From positions 5,704,001-5,768,000 of the forward strand of contig CM035357.1 in the NCBI GenBank assembly GCA_020137815.1: a stretch of DNA of 64,000 bases, in the 5' to 3' direction. The notes under the pieces are model-generated. The model had not been told where the DNA came from, searched no databases, and saw only the letters and a list, made by a program, of their open reading frames with translations. Made by a program: the position numbers and the translations under genes. Source of the DNA: Hormiphora californensis. Lineage: Eukaryota; Animalia; Ctenophora. Shown here piece after piece: positions 35,861 through 48,800 of the stretch. The first letter of the stretch is position 1; the number at the start of each line of letters is the position of its first letter.

Positions 35861-38800
35861 TCAGTATATGGGGGTTTCTGTATCCTCCGGAACATGGAAC
35901 ACCCGCAGTGCAACATCTGTTGGCAAGTCAAACTTAATGTTGGATAACCGCTCTACTATCTTAATGGCGTCACTGAAACCTGAAATAGAAATTGTTTTGG
36001 AGGATTAGCTGGTCGGCACATATTGTGAAGAAAGGTATCTGGGATCAAGACGTCTCGTTTCCAATTCAACAGTTGATTCAGAATAAGTACAATTAAACTG
36101 ACAAACAGCCACGTACCATGTTTGGTCATGTAGCTCCAGGGTTCGAAGGCTGACTGTTGGAGTGTATCACAGTGGGCCAATACACGGAACCACTGTCCTA
36201 ACATACCATCACTGAGTGGGGGTAGGGGTTAGAAAACATATTAAAACATCTCGGAAACCTAGACTGGGCCTAGAATACAATAAGGTGGCCAATAATGTGG
36301 TGGCCAATAATGTCTCTATTCTGCGAGGGAAGTTGAAACTACTCAAATAGTATCAAGTCTTTAAAATAAACAGCCTCGGATCGACAGCATATAAATACTG
36401 TTTTTTATTTGTATAACACCGGCTGAAACCGTAATAACTTACTTGATGCCGTGTATTATGAGAGCTTTAAACTTCGCATCGCTACTTCTCTTGAAGGGTT
36501 CATGTGACTCCCTGACTTTGTGTATACAACTCAGCAGGGATTGTTTGGTGTTGATCGATTGTCGCTGGATTCGCAGGCCAAAACTCTGTGATAGCTGGTA
36601 CTGGGGTTGTTCCGTGAAGGATTTACCGTGCTGAGGGAGGGGTGGTGTGTTAGTTATCCAGTATTAACTGTAGGGAGGTGAGGCGTTCCCTGATTTGTGA
36701 TTTCGAAACACCCTCCCCCATAAACAGGTGTACAGTGCACTTATCTATAAGGTGAGACGATGATTTGCAATAATCAGAGACCAAGGATGGGAGTTAGAAA
36801 TGCCAGGTGCACTGCTAGAGATTAAATGAAAGACCAGTGGATACTGGATGGCCAGAAATATAGGTAGAAATTGAAAAAGCTTTTCCAATTTCTACCTATA
36901 TCGCTGACTATCCACTGGTCTCTAACATTGCAACTGCACAGCTGGTATTTCCAATCCTCGTCCTCCTTTTAAAACATCCCTCCCCTCCCAATTGAGAGTC
37001 GACACACTGAGAAGATTTTAATGTATTTCTAATAGATCCCTCCCCCAGAAATTGTACAAACCTGTAGCCTATAGAACTCCACAAACAACAACCAGGGATG
37101 TACACCGTTCTTGTTGCTATGTCTGTTTGAAGAACTTGTACAACTAACTAAGGCCAGCCCCGAACTCTCCTTCTTGCCCAGACGGAGCCCATGGCCTAGT
37201 AGGACCCTGAGAGGTCCAGCTATCCTCTTTCGGACCATTTCTAACAGCAGCTCCTGTAATATAGAGGGTGTTAATAGTGACTAGGGTGTTGTTAGTGATA
37301 TCATTGACAGCAAGATATTATGGTAACAATTTGCTGTCACAACAATTTGCTGTCATGCGTTGATCTGAGCAGTGTAAATGTCCGTAACTTATTGGCAAAC
37401 TTATGATTCCCCCGCCCCCCTTTGAAGTTTGAATGAGTGTTGCACCTGCTGTAACCGTATGAGCAAATGAGATGAAGCGATACATTATCCAAGTGTTATT
37501 TTCTCAGCAGGTGAGTAGGCTACCCCCTAGTAGTTAACACACAAGTATGACTATGAGAAAGTCCTACATTTACTTTGTTTTATCCTAGCTTTGTGTTTCC
37601 TTGGTTGACCCTCTTTCTCACCGCACCACGGTAAAGGAAGGTTAGAACAAGCTTTGTGTCCTAGTTTTGGGCTTTCTGTAACTGTGAGTTTTCAGAATCC
37701 CTCAATCCCAATGTTCTCTTTCCGGTATTCTTCTAGAAATGGTGTGAATAGACAATCATTTACCAGGCAGTGCCCCCCCCCCTGCGAAGATCTCTCAAAG
37801 TGGTCCCACTTCGCTATTTGCTTCAAGCGGCTTTGTGATGTTAATTAGGGTAATGCAGCTAGTGTTTGTAGCCCCACTGCACGTGTTAAGCCATAATAGC
37901 ATTCTTACCCAAATGAGCCTAGATTCTAGAATGAGGATATTATAGTTGGGGTGTTAGTTAGGAACGTTCATTCTCAAATCTTTCAGAGAGAATTTTTTGC
38001 TGATGTTTTGTAACTACGTAGGGAGCACACGTCAAGAGTTCATCTCAAGCCGTGCCAAGATTTAGAAAACAGTGAATAATGACCAAGAGTACCTTTCTGG
38101 CGTCATTCGTTTTGTTTACCGATCGGTAACCCGCCTACAAAGGGCACTGTTACTCTTCAGAAAGTTCAAAAGCGCTCCCATCTTTACTTGCTCTAATAAC
38201 CCTTCTTGAAAGAGGGTCGAGCAAGTCATTACGGGTCATTTAGCTCCGGTATATAACCTCTCCTCCCTAAAAGTTTATATATCTTGCCTCTGCTCGGACG
38301 AGTTTCTGTGTCTAATAACTAACCTCCCAATTTTGTGTAAGATGATAATGTGAAACCGCTTTCTAACAGCTGATGACGCCTGGAATAGTTCAGCCGAAAT
38401 CTTCTGATATAATTCATCGTTTTCTTTAATCTTTTTCCAACTGTTTGTTTTTAGCTTCTGTCCAATCACCATATCCCCATTTTAGCACTGTTATGTCCAA
38501 TACAACTGCAGACCCCCTGGATCTCTCCCTCTCCCTAGCCCAAAGAATACCTCTGATCATCTACGACACCCTGGCCACCCTCCTCATGCTCACCGGTAAC
38601 TCAGCCGTCCTTTACACCTCCCTCCGATACAATGCAATCAGTCTGGATGAGGTGTCTCTTGTATTTGTCCAGAACCTCGCTATAGCTGACCTCCTGTTTG
38701 CTATAACGGTGATATTTCCAATCTTGGTGACCCTAGTGGCAGACAGGTTCGTACTTGGTGGGGTGTGGTGTTTTATAAACTCTCAGATCTCCTTCATACC

Positions 38801-40127
38801 TTGGATCCTAAACTCTCTCCTAGTGCTAGCCATCAGTTCACACCGTGTTGCCGTGGCAACTAACCCTCTTCTCAGCCTGAAACTCAACCAGACCCAAGCC
38901 AGATATCTCTGTTTAGTTCTATGGTGTCTTGCCCTGTCAGTGCCCGGGATTCAGATAATATCAGGATCCGTATCCAGTTTCTCCCCAACCACTGCAAAGT
39001 GTGTCTCTTCCATTTACAGCGATGAGGACACTGCAGACCTGTTTCTGTGGTACATAGTGGTAATTCTCTCTCTCACCCCACTTTGTTCTGTTATACTCCT
39101 AAACAGTGTCCTGGGAGTTATAGCGGTTCGAGCATCCAAATCAATGCGGGCAAGATCCCACTACAAGGGGGTTGTAATGGTGTGTGCGTTGTCTGGGTTG
39201 TTTGCTGTTAGTTGGTTACCCTGGGGTATCTCTACCATTCTCTCCCTAATTGGTCACCCAATTAACTACCCTTATATCAGTTTGTTAGGGTACCACATCA
39301 CGTTTCTTAATGGTATGGGTAACCCCATCCTGTACACCCTAACCAATAGAAGATTCGCCCGGTTCCTTCGTCAGCTCCTTTCTGTCAAGGTGTCTGAGTG
39401 GACCAAGTGGCAGAGTACCACCACTACAGGGAACACTAACACTGAGCAGAACAATAACAATCAGAGACAACTTCCAGCGTCTAGTAAGGGGGAAGAGATT
39501 GTAATTGTACCGGCTGAGTCGTGCAGTATTGAGCTGCATGCTGAGTCTGAATCAGAGGTATGATGGAAGATACTGACTGTAGTTTTGTGTGTGTTTGTGA
39601 ATTGTGTGACTATTATATCTGATGATTTCTAAAATCCAGAATTTTCATTTGTCGACTGCAACCCTACATCAACCAAAATTACATCTTGGATAACACAAAC
39701 TGAGAATGTGATCCTATCGGGAGAGAGACACTCACCTGAGAGACATCCTGTTTGCAACTGTACGCTCGAATCAGGTTGTCAACAGACTCCTCAAGTTTAC
39801 GAACGTGACACCTAAAAAACAAAAGTTAACGAAACTGGATTGTGAAATCTTGATTCAAACTAACAAGGAAAGTTTGTATCCTGAATTTCATTTCACAAGG
39901 ATATTTTCAAAACTGAATTTCTAATAGCAAGGAAAGTTTCTATACTGAATTTCTAATCACGAGTTATCCTGGACTCACATGAAGGTGGGTGGCTTGTCAG
40001 CCCGTTGCCAATGGCAACCAATAACACGTAGCGAGTTAATGACGAACACTTGGAACATAAGCAGGGTCTTCGATAGTAGCTCTATACTCTCCGTCTTGAT
40101 GCTCTGTGAGGAGGAAGGAGTCATTGT

Positions 40128-40200
<73 letters not shown>

Positions 40201-40627
40201 AGAGGGGAGAGCAGATCTCTATCTCTAGTAATAGATATCTCTCTCTCTCTCTTCTCTATCTGCTATCTCTCTATCTCTCTCCATTGCTCTCTTCTCTCTC
40301 TCTCTCTCCTCTTATCCTCTCTCCTCCCTCCTCTGCTCTCTCTCCCAAGCCTAGTGCCTCTCGCTCTCCTCCGCTCTCCCTCTTTCCCTCCTCTCTCCCC
40401 CTCTTTTTATACTCAGCCTAAACTACGACAGACTAAACACACCACATGTTATTCAGTAGCAAGTATCGGGTGATCATCATCTGATACCAGATACACGGTC
40501 GGGGGAAGAACGCAGTTAAATTACAATGAAAAATAAGAAGGTCTTTCTTCCTGAGTACACAGCGGGTGTTTGTGAAATTCTATTGGCTATCATCCACGTC
40601 GATTGGCAAAAGAAAAGGAAAGCGAGC

Positions 40628-40708
<81 letters not shown>

Positions 40709-41685
40709 TAAAAGATGACCGCAGGTGCAATGTGAGAAACACAGAATAATGGGATGGAGAGAGAGATTGAAAGCTATGAAATAAGCACATCTGGCGGTAT
40801 ATTGAACTGCACGGTCTGTGGAGCACGGGACCCTTTCAAAGACACAGGGCCCCTCAAAGAACGGGACCCCTCTAAAACACACAGGGCCCCTCAAAGACAC
40901 ATGGACCCCTCTAAAACACACAGGCCCCTCAGAGAACGGGACCCCTCTAAAACAACCAGGGCCCCTCAGAGAGCTCCGTTATTTTATTATAAAGCCCCCC
41001 ACAGAGAGAGGGACCACACCATTATGCTAAACCTCCTTTATGTCTACATTCAATTTATCCCTAGGTTAAATTAAAAGGAAATATTATTTCCCGAGCTAGC
41101 TGGCGCCGAACTAAGCATCATAGAGTTATGGTCGATTGACTATCTCTATCACTATTGTAACCCAGCGTCCTCTCATCTAGAGTGAGCTGGTTAGGCATAT
41201 TGTCAAATCGAAAGATCTGTTGTTTACTCAGAAAACAAGACCTTATTGGTGTAATTGTGAACAAGAGCAAACCGGCCCCCCGCAGCATTGTGCAACAGGG
41301 GAAAAAACAATGAAATAACTTTGCGATGGGACTAAATCTAAAAAAGCCGGTGAGATGGTGAGAATAAAGAATATGAGGGCCCAGATGGTGGGGGAACTGT
41401 TTTGTTCAAACCCGGGGAGGGATGGTCGAACAAGGCAACATCTAAAGAGGACGAGGGATAGTTGGGGTAACTTACCCATGGTAATATTACACAAACGCTG
41501 TGAGCTGGACAAGAGAACTGTGTGAGAGAGACTACGGAGGGGGGATGTGGTCTCAATATTCTTTATCCTCCCTCGCATCATTCATCTCTCTGTAAACACA
41601 CACACGTATAGTATCATTGCCACATGTGGCCCTTTCTGGGACTCTGTCCATACACAGCACAGTGGCAGTGCTCTCATTTCTCTAC

Positions 41686-41749
<64 letters not shown>

Positions 41750-44700
41750 TCTCTCTCTCACGCACTCTCGCTGTCTCTGTCTCACTCTCGGTGTCTGTGT
41801 CGCTATCTCTCTCACTCTCTCCCTCCCCCCTTAGAATTGTAAAACCCTTATACTATTATTCGCAATATTCATTTCAAAGCCCAAAGATGACCAAACATGA
41901 TATATTCAAATTTAGACTGAGGGTAAAGTTCGTTATATATTCAGTGCGGGACCTTTGTTTTTCAATGACCTCTCTTACTAAGAGAGTCTCTTATTCGTCC
42001 TTTACCCCCTAATATAAACATTAAACAGACAAACTCACACATAAACACTTGAACCACATGGAAAACCTGGCATACTATAGTACGGACAGAGAGCAAGGAG
42101 TAAGAGAGAAGAAATAGTAGAATGAATTTGTTTCACAGTAAGACAGAGTGGAACAAGGCAAGAATGAATCGTGTAAGAAGGACGATGGAAAATCAATGAA
42201 TCAATGAATTATAAATCAAACTTCTTTCCTTCTCACCCGATTTTCGGGTCCCAAAATACTAGGCCTAGGTATATCGTCCAAATAATAACAAATGAATAAA
42301 CACCAATAATACCTTAATACCGATATATAACGGAACCTTTAATTAACGAAATCAGTAAAAATTTCGTTAATTTTAGGTATCGTTAATTTAGGGTTCCGCT
42401 AAATTAATGTTCCTTTAATCAAAAATTGCTTTTTTTAGAGTAGCAAAAAAATAAAACCAAGTCATTGAATATAATGTCGACCATAGTCCATACGGGTCTT
42501 AAAACAATACTTTTCAGTAATTGTAGTTTGTAATGAGGCAAGCCCATGTTCTGTCCATTTACAGTAAAAAGGACCTTAATTTCCAACCCTCCCTGAACCA
42601 ATGGTGACTGAAATGCATAAGGGTCTTGAACAACTGCCTCAAATTCACAACCGTGCTCAATTGCAAAGAATATTATTCTTGATATCTCAATAGGAACATA
42701 ATTACCATTTTAACCCCATTTTAACCCAGTATTTGTGCTTTTTGTCAAAATTTGCTAACCCAAACCGATTTTCGTTAATTAAAGGTATGTTAATTAAAGG
42801 TACGCTAATAGGAGGTTCCGTTATATAGCGGTAATAAGGTAAATACCTTTGAGTTTTTAACAGCAGCAGGACCATGATGACCATGTGTTGCCTGTGTTTC
42901 CCCGTGTAGTGGGCAGTTGCACGTGCATCTTCTGATTTCATGAGAGAGGGCGTTGGGGGTGTTCCCTGTACCGTGTAGAAATTCAATAAACCTCTCCAGA
43001 TCTTGAACCTGGCAAGGGGAGGGGGTTGATTAGGCCTACATATAGGGACTTGGCTATTATACCCGTATATACAGTGAGACTGAGATCGGTCTTTCTATCC
43101 TAGATTCTAGAATATCCTTCTCAATTTAGGTTTATTATTCGAGAACAAGTCACAACAGACCAGCAAACTATATCTCTTAATATATGCCTACCTTTTCTAC
43201 GCACAATGAGGCCAGCTGACGTGTCAAAACCAAATCAGAAAACACAGGCTACAATATATATCACGCCCTAATCTACTGATATGAAGGGGTAACCGTGGTT
43301 ACCGAGGTTAAAATGTGCTACTGCCTTCTTAATTTGTTCTCAGGAATCCCTTTCCTACATTCGCCACACACAAATTAAAGGTAAAACCGTTACCAACTTG
43401 TTGAGTGAAGTAACACTATGTTATGGAACCCTACCTGCATGGGTAGTCAGCTGATAAAGCATTTGTTCCTACCTGGGTAGTCAGCTGATAAAGCATCTGT
43501 TCCTTGGATCTGATGGGTGCCAGCATTTCCTGCACTGCCATCTCTACCTTGTCCTGTAGCTCGTCCGTCCTGAGATATAGTCATTGGTCAGAATGGCTTA
43601 GTGATAGGGAGGCAGACTTGTGATCTTATGAGTTCATTCTTCATAGTAGAACATGGAAGAAAGGTGCAGAATCATTGGATTTCGGAACACCGACCGTGCA
43701 TATAGGGAAAGGTGAAGGCGGATCTGAAAAGCGGCACTAAAGTCTGACTCTCGGTTTACTAACGTGCAGTTAGGGCCTGACTCGCAACAAATGAAGGTAC
43801 TCACGGTACTATCGACCCATAAAAAGTGGTACTCACGGTAGTCTGTAGAGTTCACTAATATCGATTTTCAGGTAACTCCGTAGCTGTTCCAATACCATCT
43901 TGTGTCGTCTGATTTGTTCATTTGTCTTGATCTCCGTTGACTGGGAAAGGGGAGTTTAGTTGGTGGGAAGACGGGGTGGGGAAGGGGGAAGGGGTAATTT
44001 AGTATCCCTAGCCCTGTGCTTTTTTATTTCCTCGTGTCACTGTCATATTTTAAGACCACCTCCCCTCAGTCAATAGAAGATGATGTATTGAAATGTTAAC
44101 ATTGTGCAACTCCCACTTCATGCTCACACACCAATTTCCCCCTTCTCTCTTGACATATAAAGACACACACACAAAACCCCCGCCCCAATAGTATCAACCA
44201 GCCACGCAAGACACACATCGTGTACACAACAACTGTGTCTAGAACATTCTAATAATGTATAGACCGTCTCTTAATATAACAGTAGCAGCAACAGCACTAG
44301 GGGAAAGGGGTAGCTCTAATCACCTGTCGTGCATAGAGCTCCAAATCCTTGAGTTGGAATTTCAGCTGAAAAATTAGTTCCTCATGCTTTGCTTTCTGTT
44401 CAGCGAGGCGCCGTTCAAACGAGCTGCATATCTGGGATACAGGAATCATATTTAACGCAGCAATACAAGTAAACAGTCGGAGTAGTAGTAGGAACTTAAG
44501 ACAGTGTATTGAGTGTGTCGTGTGCAGCTGGTGGTTGTGCTCGTGAGGTCCTACAGACTCCATGCGTGCGCGGCGGTGTAGTGCTAAACAGCTGCACTTT
44601 TATCAGAAATGAAGCAGCGCGCGCGACGTTGTTTGTGCAAACAGTTTCTACGAAATGTGTGCCCAAACGGGTTCCGAGTCGGAGATAGCAGGCAAATTAT

Positions 44701-45781
44701 ATATATATATCACTGCGCTGGCAAGCGCAAAGGTGACCCCATCCATCCACCGAGAAAACTTTCCCCCAAAAACGGCCCGCTTGCTCACAGCGTATATATA
44801 GTTATTTCATACTTTTAGCCCATTTTGGCACTTTTTGACATGCCATAACTCCCGAACCGGAAGAGCTAGGAAGCTCTATCGATGGTAAAAATTTCAAGTG
44901 GCTAGCTCATTTTGTTCAAAAGTTATAACACCACCCCCAAAACAGAAAATTCAGTGTGGGGATAACTAGGTTGATACATACATACATACATACATAGATA
45001 GATGTATAGACGCTTTGTTACCTTCCGTTTGGTCCCAGTTTGAGACGAACCAGACATCGTACGAGCTTAAACCAAGCGGCATTCGACAGACAATTGTCTC
45101 GTGCATGTACCCATCTGGGTGGCGACTCTCCATCTTACCTATGACGCGCGCAATGACGTCACGAGTGACGTCATTGCGCGAGTTCGACTAACTTTTTTCA
45201 AACGCCTCTAGCACCCTGAAGACGTGTTCCGATTTCTGATTTGACGAAAAATCGTTACCGGCAAATCGTCTGAACTTTCAGATACTTTGTAGCGAATTTT
45301 CGAAGCTTATCATTTCGAGCCCTTAAATCGCGTCGGAAGTCAAAAATTTGACGAAAAATTCAGCAAATTGAACGTTTTTCGAGCAAAAACTCCCTTTCCT
45401 GACCACTGTGGTCAATGAAACTTTACAAGCTCCTTTGGGGTATTGATTCAAAATATATCGTGATGCAATTACGTCGTTACGACGTCAATAATTACGTCAA
45501 ATGACGTCATTATGACGTCTAAAATACGATTTTCACAGAAATTCGTCTCGTTTCTCATATATAGCGCATCATTTCGACAATATTACATCATGAAATAATG
45601 TCATGCTGCGATTGGAAACCAAAAAGGGACCTAAATTAAGCCAAAAACTAATCGAAATTAGTTGGCGGGAAAGGTGACCCACTTACACCTTTGCCTGCTG
45701 CCGGGATCAGGGATATAAGAGGTGAATATAATGGAATAAGACAGTGAAAGAGAGAGTGATAGAGAGTGAGAGAGAGAGAGG

Positions 45782-45851
<70 letters not shown>

Positions 45852-48800
45852 GAGAGAGCGAGAGAGAGACAGGGACAGGGAGACAGGGAGGAGAGAGAGG
45901 GATAGAACGAACAGGAATAAGTTACTCTCGAAAAATAAGAGATTGAGATACCGAGGGATAGAATGAGAGTTCGTGGTGATACCCGGCAGTAGCAAAAGGT
46001 GTAAGTGGGTCACCTTTCCCGCCAACTAATTTCGATTAGTTTTTGGCTTAATATTATATACAAATTATGCATCGTGTTTCACATAACATCAGCAGCTACT
46101 TGTTATGCACTATTTCAACAATCATTCTCACCGATTCATGGACATCATCGTAAGTAGGTAATTCCTGACAAGCCACGGAAAGCGAACTGTTCCAATTCTC
46201 TAAGCAGGCCATCTCGATCTGCTTCAGTCGTGACATTGGACTATCTGTTGGAGTCTAAACTGAACCTGGAGGGAGAGTAGTCATTTAGGAAAGTTATGTT
46301 TACAAAAGTGATTTAAACAGGTGTCCTCTCTCTCACACAGAGCGAGATCTCTCCGGAGACTGGATGAGACACATCTGGTACACAATGTGTGTGTTTATAT
46401 ATATTACTGAGGGAGGGAGATAAAGAGGAATAAAGAGTGAGAGATGATGAGTAATAGAGGTCATTGGACAGAAAAGTTCATTGGGCGTGTCTCTCATGAG
46501 GTATGCACGGCGTGCCTGGTGAAATTTTAACACGACCTAGCATGCGACGGGAAACCACCACTTGTACGTGGTAGCTGAGGGTCTACAGAATGGCGCTACG
46601 GTGCGGGAAAAAACATTCCATTCCCTAAAATCTTTTTTTATACTTTTATTTGATTTGGGTCAAAATTGGCTATATTAAACGTGGTCCCGAAAAATCCATA
46701 ATGACTTAGCACACGAAATATGTCACCCCTACCTATTTTTGCACGTAGAATCGATTGCCGTTGAAGTCGAATCTCTAAAATGACTGTAAAATGGTCAAAA
46801 GTTGATTTTTTACCATTTTTTGGAGGTTTTTGGCCCCTAAACCATTGAAAACGTTGAGATAGGAATTTGAAACTAGTGCCAATCGTTAAAATGGTCATTT
46901 TTCTACCAAGAACCAAGTTTTCGTGTATATCCGATTTATGGTTAGATTTGGGCAAATTGTTGAAATCTGCCAACTAGGAGAACCGTAACTTTATTTTCTT
47001 GTTTTTTGGATTTTGGCATTTTCGACAAACTTCTGATTGAAATGGTCAATCGGGACCATGCTTAAGTTGTTTATGGGACAATTTTCGACTAAAATCCAAG
47101 ATTTCATACCAATCCAATAACAGATCGTTGATTTATAGAAAATTTAAGTAGGCAAAACGGTCAAAATGACAACTTTTCTTGCTTATTTTGACCGTTTTGC
47201 CTACTTAAATTTTCTATAAATCAACGATCTGTTATTGGATTGGTATGAAATCTTGGATTTTAGTCGAAAATTGTCCCATAAACAACTTAAGCATGGTCCC
47301 GATTGACCATTTCAATCAGAAGTTTGTCGAAAATGCCAAAATCCAAAAAACAAGAAAATAAAGTTACGGTTCTCCTAGTTGGCAGATTTCAACAATTTGC
47401 CCAAATCTAACCATAAATCGGATATACACGAAAACTTGGTTCTTGGTAGAAAAATGACCATTTTAACGATTGGCACTAGTTTCAAATTCCTATCTCAACG
47501 TTTTCAATGGTTTAGGGGCCAAAAACCTCCAAAAAATGGTAAAAAATCAACTTTTGACCATTTTACAGTCATTTTAGAGATTCGACTTCAACGGCAATCG
47601 ATTCTACGTGCAAAAATAGGTAGGGGTGACATATTTCGTGTGCTAAGTCATTATGGATTTTTCGGGACCACGTTTAATATAGCCAATTTTGACCCAAATC
47701 AAATAAAAGTAAAAAAAAAGATTTTAGGGAATGGAATGTTTTTTCCCGCACCGTAGCGCCATTCTGTAGACCCTCAGCTACCACGTACAAGTGGTGGTTT
47801 CCCGTCGCATGCTAGGTCGTGTTAAAATTTCACCAGGCACGCCGTGTATGAAGGTCACAATAAATGAGGGAGAGAGCTTGAGAGGTGGGGGACATATATC
47901 CCTTCCATTTTATAGGGCAATTATGAAGAAAAAGGAAGGACAAAGAAGGACAAAGAAGGACACTGGTCGATTTGGTGCTTGGGGGAGCTACTTGACTATT
48001 TTTTATGAATTGAATAGAGTCCGCGATTTGGTGACGTGGGGAGCTACCGCGTGGGCCAATAAAAAGGGAGGCTTCTTAGATTTCTCCGGCACCTTAATTC
48101 CAATGGTTCTGAAATTTTGACATAATGTTGTTGAGCTGTTTTTTACTTTTTAGTTAACTGAAGGTTTTCTCTTGTCGATTTGGATCGCAAATTTGCAGCT
48201 ACTCAATAATGTTAACATTTATCAATGGCAATCTGAAATCATTTTTTCAAAAAATATATTTTCGCTGAAAATGAGAGATTTGCACTGTAGATTTTAATAA
48301 TTTTAGTTCATTCTGGTATGAATTTTATTTTAATTTTTGATTTTTTTTAATTTTCTTCTATTTCTCGTTAATAACTGCATAAATTAACATTTAACCGATA
48401 GTTAATTAACAAACCGTTATTTGAGACATTGGTAAAAAACTTGCTAATGGAAGCTTGCTGATGCTTATACTGATTGGTAACAACAAGCGTCATGTAACCT
48501 CCATGCAAGCAACAAAGACGTAACCAGGGTGTGACAAAATCTCGTTAGCAAGATTACAATAGGTCTAGAATTCCCTTTGTTGTACCCAGTATGTATCACA
48601 TATCCGGCGTGGAGTGCAAAAGAAGTTCCTAGAAAACGGAAAAAACCTGGAATAGAGAAAACCTGAATTGGCTTAAAACAGAAATTTAGGTTCATTAATG
48701 AATTTCTGCATTTTTTTACTTGAAACTCTGTACACATGCCTGGCATAAGCTCAACAACATTTTGTCAAAGTTTCAGAACCATTGGAATTAAGGTGCCGGA

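Noticed and set aside
38493-39563. Possible opsin
   Set aside because: TM7 reads YHITFLNGMGNPILY, with Phe rather than the retinal-binding Lys six residues before NP.
39979-42012. ORFs with poly-ER or poly-LS
   Set aside because: Translations of (GA)n/(CT)n microsatellites.
44700-45030. Possible HINE with a (CATA)n microsatellite
   Set aside because: Only an imperfect 8-bp inverted match (AAGGTGAC/GTTACCTT); boundaries cannot be supported.
46638-47756. Two identical divergent ORFs (111 and 125 aa)
   Set aside because: Mirror images produced by the palindrome; non-ATG starts and no recognisable domain.
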